Assembly: GCA_009103225.1 (NCBI GenBank)
Contig: RHPI01000818.1
Coordinates: 1-64,000 of the forward strand
DNA length: 64,000 nt
Direction: 5' to 3'
DNA from: Chlorokybus atmophyticus
Lineage: Eukaryota; Plantae; Mesostigma and Chlorokybus algae
Shown here: positions 9,549-21,400 of the stretch, in pieces
Layout: each line of letters opens with the position of its first letter
Numbering within the stretch: the stretch's first letter is position 1
Position numbers and translations under genes: made by a program
The notes under the pieces: generated by a model
What the model was told of the DNA's origin: nothing
Seen by the model: only the letters and a program-made list of their open reading frames with translations
Database searches by the model: none

Positions 9549-12500
9549 ATGACGACCAGCTACGACAAGGTGGTGATTGAGCCGTTGGGAGATGACAACT
9601 ACAACACATGGAGCAGCCGCATGAAGTGGTTGTTCGAGCACAAGAGCTTGTGGGACTTCGTGAACCCGGAGGAGGCTGACCCCCTACCCACAAGCCGGAG
9701 CGCTGTCTGGAAGCAAAACTCCAGATATGCACTTGCACTCATTGGATTGAACGTGAGAGAGTTCCATTCGATGAGATTACATGCTTGCTCCACTGCTAGA
9801 GAAGCTTGCGAGAAGTGTCTGCTTTGTTCAAGGCTAAGAACAATGCCATGCGTGTCCAGCTTAGGCGTGATCTGAATGCTTTGAGGAACGACTCAAGTGA
9901 GCCTGTCAAGTACGTTGCAAGGGCAAGAGAGCTTTGGAAGGACCTTTTAGGCGTGGGCTGCCAGTTGCAGGAAGCTGAGCTTGTTTGGGCTGTACTTTCC
10001 GGACTTTCAGACTTGCCAGTTTGACACTGTAACAATTGGGGCCCGACCACTAGGCTATGGTAGTAAAAGACACTACCATGAGTGAGGTCTGTCACAATAT
10101 ATCCCAATTCGTGACATTCCTCCCCAATTTAACCCATGAGTTCCTCATAATCCAATGAGGCACTAGCCCACGTCGCCGTTTTCGCGGCCGTACCACAATC
10201 TGTCTGCCCGCGGCCTGTTGGATCCGGCCAACGAACGGTCCTGACCGACCGAACGGCCATCCTCACCGCGCGACCGCTCACGCGGCCTTAGGTTGAACTG
10301 GCTCGGCGCGCAGGTCGTGATCCCGCGCCCAGCCTAGGGCAAGCCGCCCCAAATGTTTTCGTTTTTTGCCTTGGATCTGCCTCAGTTCCCTACGGGAATT
10401 GAACCTGAGACGTCAAGCTCCGAAACCATTGTAACAATTGGGGCCCGACCACTAGGCTATGGTAGTAAAAGACACTACCATGAGTGAGGTCTGTCACAAT
10501 ATATCCCAATTCGTGACAGACACCTTAATTACGGTGTTGGAAGGTTTTTACACTGATCCCACGTTGGATGAGGTGATGCCAAGGCCACTTTAAGTCGAGC
10601 CAAGGCTCAAGAAGGAGGAGGCTTCAGATGCAGTCGCTTTTGCTGCTTCCAAGCATGGTTATAGCTCCAGACCCAAGTTATGCGCTGGTTCTTGAGGCCA
10701 GGGCGGTTCTTCAGGCCAGGGCGGTCAAAAGAAGAAGAAACGCAAGTGCAGCTACTGTGGCAAGCTTGGGCATGATGGAGAAGTGTTGGAAGAAGCATGG
10801 CAAGCCAGGAGAGGGGCAAAACAAGGAGAAACCCGTGGCTTTCACTACCAGTGCTTCAATCCTTGTTCAGACCTGGGCTTTAGACTCGGGGGCTACTTCT
10901 CACATGACTGCAGACAAGTCTGCCTTTGTCACTTTTCAAATCCTGGACAAGCCCATGTCCGTGGGGTGCGCATCAAAGGGAAGCGTCATGGCTGCTATTG
11001 GTCGAGGCAATGTCATCCTCGATTGCCAAGTTGAGGGGTCAACAAGGCAAGTGCAGCTTAAGGATATTCTTTTTGTGCCTGAGGTTGCTGTGAGTCCATT
11101 TTCAATCGGCTGCTGCTCGTGCTAGTGCTAAGATTGAGTTTGAGGGAGATAAGGGCTGCATATTGCTTGGTGGCGTGAAGCACCTTGAGGCTTTTAGTCA
11201 GGGAGGAGGTTTATACCTTGTTTCGGTTAAGACTTCCGTCTAAGCACTTTTTGCAGCATCCTTGGAGTCTGCTCAGCTCTGGCACAAAAGGTTTGGGCAT
11301 TTGGGCTTTGAAAATCTAGCGCGCTTAGTGAAGGAAGACATGGTGGAAGGGATTAACCTCAGTTTTCAAGACTTCCAGAATGAGAAACGTGTCCTATGCA
11401 GTCCTTGTGTCCCGAGAAAGCAGATCAGACTGCCTTTTCCTACCTCTTCTCATGTGAGTACGCGTTGCTTGGAGCTGATCCATACGGATGTGTGCGGTCC
11501 CATGCCGGTGACATCTGAGGGCGGGAGCTTCAAGTACTTTATCACTTTCTTGGATGACTTCAGCAAAATGTCCGTGGTCGTGCCTTTAGCCTTGAAGTCA
11601 TATGTGTCTAAGACAGTTCTGGAGGTTTTTAAGCTTCCAAAGACCCAGACAGGTCTACAGGTTGCTGCAGTGCACTCAGACCGTTGTGGAGAGTTTGTCA
11701 ACACTCAGCTGAAGGACTGCTATGCCAAGAGGGGGATTAGGCATGAGACTACAGCACCCTACAAGCCGGAGCAGAACATGAAGGCGGAGAGGCTTAACCG
11801 CACGCTCTTGGAGAAGGTTCGGGCCATGCTGACTAATGCCAACATGGAGGATTGCATGTGGACGGACGCGTTGCTGGCTGCGAACTTTGTGCGCAACCGT
11901 TCCCCCGTGCGTTCTGAAGCCAAGACTCCGTGGGAGCTCGTAACGGGCGCAAGGCCTGATGTGAGCATGCTGAGGGTCTTTGGTTCTACTGCCTTTGTCC
12001 ACGTACCCAAGCAGCAACGACACAAGCTGGTTAAAGTTAGCCAGCGCGGCGTGTTCGTGGGGTACGAGACTGGTTTCAAAGCGTGGAGGGTCTTGCTGGA
12101 TGAGACCAAAAAGGTTGTGATGAGTCGTGATGTGACTTTTGCTGAGGGAGGAGTAGAAGCTGGAGATTTAAGCGTTAACAACACCCTATATGGCGCTGAG
12201 CCTCCAGAACCGAGTTTAGACCAGGTTCCTGGCAGTGTTTCAGACCAGGTCTTAAGGTCTTCAGGCCGGTCTTCTCCAGCTCAAGGCAACAAAAGCACTT
12301 CAGCATCATGAGTCTCAAGAGCAGGGGAGGAGGTATCCTGTGCGTGAGAGGCGGGAGACGAAGAGATTGATCAACCAAGCCATGGCTGCATTGGAGGCAC
12401 TTTGGGGCTTAAAGGAGCCTAGCACCTATGAGGAGGCGCTTGCAGGTGCTGATGCAGACCTCTGGAAAAAGGCAATGGATGAGGAGATTGCTTCTCTACT

Positions 12501-13938
12501 AGCCAACCAAACCTGGAGGCTTGAGACTGTCCCGGCTGACATTAGACCCATCCCGGTCAAGTGGGTCTACAAATCAAGAAAGATGGGCAAGGCAACATTG
12601 AGTGCTACAAGGCAAAGCTTGTCGCGAAGGGCTTTCTCCAGCAAGAGGGCATTGCCTCTTCAATGTGGTCTTTGCTCCAGCTAGCAAGCACACAACAGTT
12701 TGCACCATGCTGGCTTTGGTGGTTGCTCAAAATCTGGAGCTGCACCATCTTGATGTTAAGACCGCGTTCCTCTACGGCGAGCTTGAAGATGACATCTTTG
12801 TGCAACAACCCAAGGGCTACCATGAGGGAGGTCCAGATGTGGCATGCAAGCTTGCGAAGGCCGTGTATGGTCTTAAGCAGGCGCCCAGGGTTTGGCACAT
12901 CCGCTTAAGCAAGGAGCTTGAGGCTTGGGTTTTAGCCCCAGTACTGCAGACCCAGGACTCTTTATCCATAAAGAGCTACAGGTCTGGCTTTTTATTTATG
13001 TTGATGACATCCTCGTTTCTGCTCAAGACTTGAAGGACTTGGAGGGCGTCAAGGCTGGCTTGAGCAAGGCCTTTGATGTCCGCGACCTTGGAGAGGCCAA
13101 GTACTTCTTGGGCATTGTCATTGACAGGGATAGGCGGTTTAAGACTGCCAAGATCAGCCAGGAGCAAATGGTTTGCAGACTTGTGGACAAGTTTGGGCTG
13201 CAAGAGGCCAAGGTTAAGGCTACACCCTTGGCGATAGCAGTCAGACGTGTAAAGTCTGAGAGCGAGGCAGATCTGCTGGACAAGACTCGGTACCCGTACA
13301 GCACTTTGATTGGGAGTCTTTTGTACTTGTCAGTCAATACTAGGCCGGACATTTCCCATGCCATGGGTTTTAGCCAGGTACATGTCTGCGCCTACCATGG
13401 AGCACTGGAGGGCTGCAAAGGCGTGCATGCGCTATGTGGCTGGAACTTCTAGTGTCGGCATTGCTTTTGGAGGACTAACAGGTCTGGAGGGCTACTGCGA
13501 TGCAGACTACGCAGAAGACTTAGACTCCAGGAGGTCTACCACGGGCTACACATTCTTGATGAATGGTGGAGTCATCAGCTGGAGCAGCAAGCTTCAGCCC
13601 ACTGTTGCAGTGTCTACTGCAGAGGCGGAGTACATGGCGACATCCTAGGCAGTCAAGAAGGGGCTTTGGTTGCGCAAATCAGCTGCAGACTTGGGTCTAG
13701 ACCATACTGTCATTCCCATGGCAACAACCAAGGGGCTATTCGGCTCCTAAAGCACCCTATTGCTTCAGTCAGGTCTAAGCACATTGCTGTCATGCATCAC
13801 TTTGTGCGAGAGCGCGTGGCGCGTGGAGAGGTGGAGTTCATCTATTGCAAGACCAAAGACATGCTTGCAGACTTTATGACGAAGGCTTTAACCCCTGCCA
13901 AGTTTAAGACCTGCTGCATGGGTCTAGGAATCCACTAA
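9549..13938 (+). pseudogene. Copia gag-pol with multiple frameshifts and stops, interrupted by a TRIM
   Basis: Gag L..DNYNTWS.RMKWL. Protease WALDSGATSHMT. Integrase LWHKRFGHLG, ELIHTDVCGP and AERLNRTL. RT LDVKTAFLYG and IYVDDILV. RNase H GYCDADYA and SKHIAVMHHFVRE. Confidence 0.93.
10028..10518 (-). mobile_element. TRIM (terminal-repeat retrotransposon in miniature), 491 bp, inserted in Copia gag
   Basis: Apparently identical 89-bp LTRs (10028-10116, 10430-10518) with TG...CA ends. Perfect TSD GACAC. PBS-like TGGTTTCGGAGC and a purine tract on the - strand. Removing it restores the gag text FDTLITVLE. Confidence 0.93.
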
Positions 13939-13954
13939 GCTGCCTGCGCGGGAG

Positions 13955-14432
13955 TGTTATAGGTTAGGACCAGGTTTAGCCGTCGTTAGACTCCAATCAG
14001 CTTGGTCTAACTAAGTGTTGGAGGTTAGGACCAGATTTAGCCGTCCTTGAACTCCAGTCAGCTTAGTCTAGCTAAGTACTTATGACTTTCGTACTCAGTA
14101 GACTCCAATCCTGACCGTTTTGTTAGAAACCGTCGGTCCCAACAGTTTGGTCCGTTTAAGACTGTTTTTGGGTCTTATGTTAAACACACTCGCCTTGTAT
14201 ACTATTTTGAGCTTGTATATCGAGTTCTTAGTAGTGTTGACCCTTATTGGGTATAAGGGGACGCCGACACACGTTTAATATGGTTCACTTTGCTTGTGCT
14301 TAAGTCTGGTGGCGGCGAAAGCCCTAGCCTGGGCGTGGTTTATACTGGTCTGGTCTGGTCTTTTTTTGCTTGCACAGACGGTTTGACGGTGTTGTGTTGC
14401 GTGTCTACACATAGGAAGCTTGCATCTCAACA
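13955..14432 (+). repeat. Copia 3' LTR with only two 61-bp units
   Basis: Aligns with 8598-9375 apart from tandem-unit number. Ends GCATCTCAACA. Confidence 0.9.
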
Positions 14433-14809
14433 TTCATTGCTTTGTTGGTTTGCTGGATGGTGTGGGTCTAATCCGTAAGCCTAGCCGGTTAGGTCTGCTG
14501 GGTTGCAAGGCTGGTAGTTCAATAGTTTGTTGCTGGTTTGATTGTGTCAGCTCTGCAGCTGCTGCGTTGGAGCAGGCAATGGCGCTGGAGCTGGCGTTGC
14601 AGCTCGCGCTGGAGCTAGATGTTAGAGACTAGTTGTTCTTGTCGATGTTGTTTTTAATGTCGTTGCATATGTAAAGAAAGATATTTATTATTATTTATTA
14701 TTTTTAGCTGTTTGTGTGACCTTTACGCATAACTACAATGGCAATGCTATGAGCATGCGCAACAACTGATGCCATTACTGGTACGCAACAGCCGCACTTC
14801 ATATCGCCC

Positions 14810-15460
14810 ACGCTAGCACTGGCACAATTTTCATGTGCCAGTGCTGGTACATAAAGATTATGTGCCAGTGCTGGTTCGTGTTTTTATCCATTTTTTTCAA
14901 GGACCAGTTCCGCCACGGTTGTGTTGTGCCAGTGCTGACTCTGGATTTATTGTGCCAGTATAGGTAGTACACCGCTTGTGCCAGTGACAAATTTGTGAAT
15001 TAGCGACCGGCGCTGGCACAAGCGGTTTTATGCTAGTTTTAAATGGTTTCGGGCCTAGACCCGAAAAGCCCGTGCAAGTATTGGCACAAATGGTTCGTGC
15101 TAGCACTCGCACGGCCTGCAGGCCCAATGTGATACATGTGTAAGTATGTGTCACATGCGGCACTCATATGTGCGTACTTGTCGTATTGCATTGCTGCATG
15201 TAGTTGTTTGGTTGACGCAGACAATAATACAGACAACAAAATGGCCAAATCACGCATATGCAGCACCAGTCTGTACCGTTTGTGCGCCCTTTAGCAACTG
15301 CCTTATAGGCTCTGTACAGTGCAGTCTATGAGGCAATTTATGGCGACCATTTCATAGGCTGCACTGAACAGAGCCTATGAGCCCGCCTATGGCAACAGCG
15401 TTGTAGGCTGCACTGTACAGTGCAGTCTGTGAGCCGCTCATAGACCGCACTATAAACTTA
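14810..15460. repeat. Short-motif arrays (TGTGCCAGT repeats; AGGCTGCACTGTACAGTGCAGTCT-like palindromes), probably MITE or DNA-transposon ends
   Basis: About six TGTGCCAGT motifs plus inverted copies at 14810-15040. Several palindromic units at 15300-15450. Confidence 0.5.
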
Positions 15461-16015
15461 ATGAATGAGGCCCATTCAGATGTTTAAATATGCGTGTCAT
15501 TCGAAAACATGTGTGTTTGCATGCACATGCGCGTGTGCTTGCATGGGTGTGCTTATGCGAGTCCATATTCATACGCACGCGCAATTCCTCTTGTCCCCCC
15601 CCCCTCTTCCCCCCCCCTTTCCTCAGCTGACCTTGAGTTCCATCAGGTGCACAAACTTGTAGCGCACCTGGGGCCCCCAGTCCCGCCTGAGCAGAGCAGC
15701 AGCATGGGGCACCCTCGAACCGTCTCGGGTCACGTGTGCAGTGACCCGGGATGGTTTGAGGCACATCTGCTAAGTATGCATGTGTACGTGCTTAAACACT
15801 AGTGTGTACACACCCCTAAGCACATAGGCAAGCACACACACATGCAACATATACGTGCACACATGTATGACTATGCATACGCACACGCCGCATGTACGTG
15901 TGCATGCTTGCAGGCAGGGCGCACCATGTATGACTATGCACACGCACCAAACATTGTGTAGGTGTGTGTCAACAACACATACATACACACTTGCTGACGG
16001 CATCTTCAAGCAGAC

Positions 16016-16508
16016 TGTTACGAATTGGGATTGGGATAAAATGTGACAGACCTCCCTCATGGTAGTGTCTTTTACTACCATAGCCGAGTGGTCGGGCCCC
16101 AACCGTTACAATGGTAACAGAGCTTGACGTCCCAGATTCAACTCCCGTATGGGACTGAGGCAGATCCGAGGCAAAAATAAAATCATTTTGGGGCAGCTTG
16201 CCCTAGGCTGGGCGCGGGATCACGACCTGCGCGCCGAGCCAGTTCAACCAAAGGCCGCGTGAGCAGTCGCGCTGCGATAGCAGGTCGCGCGGTGAGGACC
16301 GTTCATGGGCCGGATCCAACAGGCCGCGGGAAGACCGACCGTGGTACGGTCGCGAACACGTCGACGTGGGCTAGTGCCTCATTGGGTTATGAGGAACTCA
16401 TGGTTTAAATTGGGAAGGAATGTCACGAATGGGGATAAATTGTGACAGACCTCACTCATGGTAGTGTCTTTTACTACCATAGCCTAATGGTCGGGCCCCA
16501 ATCGTTAC
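16016..16508 (+). mobile_element. Second, more diverged copy of the same TRIM family
   Basis: LTRs 16016-16110 and 16421-16508. PBS TGGTAACAGAGC resembles the iMet PBS TGGTATCAGAGC. PPT GGGAAGGAA. Flanks CAGAC/CAGGC form a TSD with one mismatch. Confidence 0.9.
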
Positions 16509-18051
16509 ACAGGCATTGCATGCCAGCTGCTCCGTGAAAGGCACCATCCACGCCTTTTCCACCAACCTTTTGGTCGGCAGCACTTCACTTGAGCATTCAC
16601 CTGCATGATCTTGCAAGTCAGCTCGGGCTATGTTAACCATGCAAGCAAATTCATCTGACGAAGCTGATTGCTAGCTAATGCACAGCTGCAGTAATAATGC
16701 AAGCAGCTTTTGCATAACAGTAAACATGCGCAATTGCACTTAATCTGTTCATTCGTAGCCAATTTAGCAGCCAGTAATCGGTGACTTGGTCTAACTGTAC
16801 GTGACAAGAGGCGCACTTATCCGTTACAATCAGTGGTGCACATGCAAGCCAATCAGGCAGTTGCTTATTAAACGCAAGCACATGCAGTGACAACATCTTT
16901 GCATGCATAAGCATAAAAAGAGCAATGCTTACAACGACATCATTAATAATTGCTGCCGGCAGGGTCAAGCGAAAAAAGTGTTTTCATCACAATCTTAGCA
17001 CCAACAAGCTAATAACGACTGCGGAAGCAACAATAACAGCTGCAGCAGCAGCAACCTGGATGAGCAGCAACCTGGATGAGCAGCAGCCTTGACACGATGC
17101 ATTGACGTTTGCTATCATAAACGTTAATAAAATAATCGAGTGGCTGTTGTACATAGGTAATACTGCGTTCACATCCAACCAACTGAACGGAACGTGATAT
17201 TATACAAGTCTCAACATGCACATAGTGGTGCCTACAGCATGAACTTTTTGCGTGCGTCATTGTTCATGATGACATTGTAAAAGAAACACGCGCAGCGGTC
17301 GAAAACCAAGTTTGTGGTACGATACCATCGGCATTGTCCAATATGCATCGTGATCTTACTGTATCACACAATTTTGCAAACGTCAACCGACACATTTAAT
17401 GTTTGTTGTTGCTTTTTGCATGTGATTGATCAACTCTAGTGTTTTTTAGCAACATGTATGCTTATGTTAAATATTTTAGACATCAATTTGCAGTTAGTAC
17501 CCACAGCATATTACGTATGCAAGCTATGTATAATGTGGATAAACATTGCATAACAACAATGCAATAAGGCAATAAGACATGTGTTTATATGTATCTGAAA
17601 GCGTAAGAGCTAGTCGTAGCCGTCAATTCTTCTATGGTGCCTTGATGAGTTTAATAATGGTTGTGGCCTAAGCAGTTTCACAATGATGACTCTGAAACAT
17701 ATGGTATAATAAGAAGGAGCCACACATTCATCACACCAATGTTGATTATTGATCAAATTATAAGTGTATTTACACTTGTGATACTTTATCGACAAGTTGT
17801 GCTATAATATAGGGAAAGTGTGGCTTGTTCATGGGTAGATACAGCGTACTTTTGGCTATCTTGTAAGCCAGTGAGCAAACAACAGCCACAATGGCTCCTT
17901 GAAGCCGCTGTACAGGTAGGTAAATGGAGCACTCGAGTTGCATCATGCAACTTGATGTGGTCGAGCGCCGACAATGGCGGCAAAGTCTCGCGCCACAATT
18001 CAAAAGCCGCATGCGTCGTTGCACACAGTTTGAATTGCTTCAACTCGCGGG

Positions 18052-18083
18052 AAACCCTAACTCCGGGTCAGCATCTAGGGTTT
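18052..18083. promoter_or_regulatory. Two telo-box motifs upstream of RAD5
   Basis: AAACCCTAA at 18052-18060 and TAGGGTTT at 18076-18083, in a GC-rich region just upstream of the first RAD5 exon. Confidence 0.45.
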
Positions 18084-18445
18084 GCGGCGGCGGTGGTGGA
18101 GCGCGGGCGGTTGCATGCGGGCAAGCAGGAGCTGAGGACTGGCTGCAGAGCTGTCACGAGGTGCTTAACAAATGGGCAGCATACTGGGGCAGCGATGGCA
18201 GGTACTTGTGCTTTCATTAAGTTGCTTGTCAAGGGCTGATTGGGCTTAGGAATGAAATCAGCGCGTGCATGTTGTGTTCAGCAGCAAACACATTATGCCC
18301 TTTGTGCGCGCGTTAGTACTTGCTTACACGAAGGTAGGATGCTGTAAAACTACCGACACTACGCGACAGTGCAGTCCCAATTAACAAGTTGTGAGGTGTT
18401 CTATGTGCGCTTCATATTTGCTACATGTGTTTGCTCTGCTTGTAG

Positions 18446-21400
18446 GTGGAAGCCATGCGTGCCATCGTGGGCGAGGGTCCGAGCGACATGGATCTGGTGC
18501 GCTTCCTGCACATGGCGAAGAACGACATCCAGGCAGCGGTCAACTTGTTCTACGACGCCCCAACGCACATAGCAACAAGTCCACCAGCACCACCACCACC
18601 GCCATCATCATCTCATGCGCAGGCTGCCAGCCCAACCGCACGCATGCAAACAAGTCCACATCAAGTTGCTGAAGAAGTCATGCACGAGCACAGAATCACC
18701 ATCGCAGATGAAGCCACTGCTTTTGATGTTGACGCTCGCATAGAGCGAAGCGATGAAGCTTGCGTGTTGCGGGAAGATGCCGCCTCGCGCGCCATCGATC
18801 TGGCGGGAGAAGACTCGGACATTGAGTTGGTTGAAGTGGTGGCCGGCCCGAACAGGAGATCAGCAGCAGCACAGCAGCAGAGTTTGCCATTGCAGAGAAG
18901 TGCGAAGCGCATAAAGAGAGGGCACGAGTTGACGAACGGCGAACATAAGCACGGCCGCGCTGCTGAACATCCAGGATGGCTGCTTGGTGAAGCCCGCATA
19001 ACTGCGTACGCAGCCCCCTGTTTGAGATATTGTTATGTACATGTTACAAACATACATGTTATATATCAGCATGCGTGTAGTCATTGCATGTTGATCTCAC
19101 CATGGCAACTGCATGCAGTTATGCTACCAGTAAAGGCAAGCTGCTGCAGTACGGCGATGAAGTGGAGTTTCGGTTCGCTCACAAGGCGAAGCAGTGTGGG
19201 AACGAAGCGCAAGCTCAGCCCGCAAATTTCTGGAAGAAGCTGGGCAGGGGTAGGCCAGCCGCAGGAACAGCCACGGGCTTGGAGATCGTGCGGTTTGCGA
19301 GGAAAAGCGATGGGTGTGAGGTACAGCCACATGCTTGAATCATCTAAGTGTGGTATACTTGAGCGCACTGGCTGTTAAGCCTGGTACTGTCAGGTTGGAC
19401 GCATACCCAAAGAGTGGGCATCTTGTCTTGGACCACTCGCCGCAGATGGCTTCATCACAGTCACTGCAGTATGTTTATACGCCCCGGAGTTTCTTTCATA
19501 CACTGACAGCATCGTGTTGTCTGTCAAGTAAGTGCCGGGCTTGGTTGTCTCATCTCTGTATGGACTGTTGTTGTATGCACATGCTATGGATCTACCAGCT
19601 AAGTCGCATTTTTGTAGGATCACAGTGTTGCCGTCATTGTTTGACTCGTGTGATGCAAAGCGCAAGAGCGATGACAAGCTGCAGGGTGTCACGTCGTTGA
19701 TGGCAGATACAACCGACAGCCCCTTTGCTAGCCTGCTGCGCAGCATGCAGCTGCCGCCCATAAAGAAGGTAATTTGCACGTTGGATAATCTTCTTGTCTA
19801 ATGCATGTTTGGGCTTTGTTTTGTAAGCAAGGCATGATTGCAGGCAGCTTTTACACCTGACGACTTCTATAAGCGCAAGCGGTCACTAGAGCTGGAAGGC
19901 ATGCTGCCCGGATCGTCCACAACAAAGGAGAAAGCGTTGCTGCTCCCTCCAGTAAAGCGCAGCGTCGCACCCCACCCTGGAAGTCAGGTGTGTACATGCA
20001 GCTGGCATGGCATGCATCAGTTGTTGCTGTGCAAGATAATGGCATGTCCAACAGTTACTGTTGTTTCGTGCAGCCAGCGCCGATGGATCTTACGAGTTCT
20101 CTCGCTGAGGAGGACGTGGGCCCGGACGGCAGCTTCTCGGATGCTACGGTCACCAAGTTTGTGGGTTTGGCTGAGAACGCTGATTTACCGGTTAGTACTC
20201 CACAAATTTCGCAGCAACTTCTGCCTCATTTTTGTTTTTGTAAGGTTCTGAACATGGAGTGCCGTGCTTTCCCCTGGCCAGGAAATGGAACCAGAGAACA
20301 TGGTCAGCCAGCTTCGCACCTACCAGAAGCAGGCTCTGCATTGGATGTACAGTTCTGAGCAGATTGGTGAAGAGGAGAAGAGCCTGCATCCATGCTGGGA
20401 GATCTATCAGTTCAAGTAAGTGCGGTAGGGTGGTGTTGATGACATTGAATTAGAGATTGAGTTTAGTCTGTGATTGAACGGTCGATTTGATCAGGGATGG
20501 CACCGAGTTTTACCACAATTGTTTCTCTGGCGATGTCACTTTCAAGTTCCCCTCGGCTGCGTCCAAGACCCGAGGCGGCATCCTGGCCGACAGCATGGGT
20601 TTGGGCAAGACCGTCATGACCACCTCGCTAATTGCCAAGGACGCCGGCAAGCAGGAGCGCGGCAAGTGGATTGAGTACGAGACGCAAGGTATCAAGTCGT
20701 TTAGATCAGCCTGTTGCTGCTGCTTACTGCTTACAAGGCACTGTTATGATAGATAGGCTTTTGATTGGTGGGTTCTGGGCTGCTATCGCAGCATCAAGGC
20801 ACTGGTTGACAGTGCATTCAATGGGTCTCATTCTGTGCAGGTCCGGATGGTTTAGTCAAGCTAAGAATAATGCGGGGTGGCACGTTGGTGGTCTGCCCCA
20901 TGTCGCTGTTAGCTCAATGGAGGGTGAGCTAAGCACCGATGCAGTGATGTGCACAAGTTCACGACAGGCTCACTGACAATTTCATGATTACAGGAGGAGT
21001 TGGACACACACTGCACCAAAGGGTTTTTCAATGCGCACGTGTACTACGGAGGAGATCGCAACAGGGAGAAGCACTCATTGGCCTCTTATGATGTCGTCAT
21101 CACAACATACAACATCCTGTCCACGGAGCTCAACGGCGATGGCACAAGAGAGACAAGCCCACTTCTCAACTTGCACTGGCATCGCATTGTGCTCGATGAA
21201 GCCCATTTTATTAAATCGAGCACCACACAGATGGCCAAAGCAGCGTATCTCATGCACGCCGACCGAAGATGGTGTCTGACAGGTAGGCGATACCAACCTT
21301 GGATTGCAGCCTCTGTTGTATGATTGCGCGTTTGCTGGTGCTGAAGTGTACACCTTTTGTACCCTCATAGCGCACGCCTTGTATCCTTCGGGTTGACGAG

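Larger units (their letters stand above)
8598..14432 (+). mobile_element. Full-length decayed Ty1/Copia LTR retrotransposon with 5-bp TSD TTCAT
   Basis: LTRs 8598-9375 and 13955-14432 start TGTT and end TCAACA. TTCAT flanks both sides. PBS AGTTATGGGCCC at 9376. PPT-like GCGGGAG before 13955. Order is gag-PR-IN-RT-RH. Confidence 0.95.

Noticed and set aside
10028-10116. Cassandra-type 5S rRNA-derived LTR
   Set aside because: No recognisable 5S A-box or C-box sequence.
10385-10428. tRNA gene suggested by GGTTCAATTCC on the - strand
   Set aside because: No cloverleaf can be formed, and it lies inside the TRIM next to the PBS.
16510-18240. Possible small gene on the - strand divergent from RAD5
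   Set aside because: Short ORFs without a recognisable domain or a consistent splice model.
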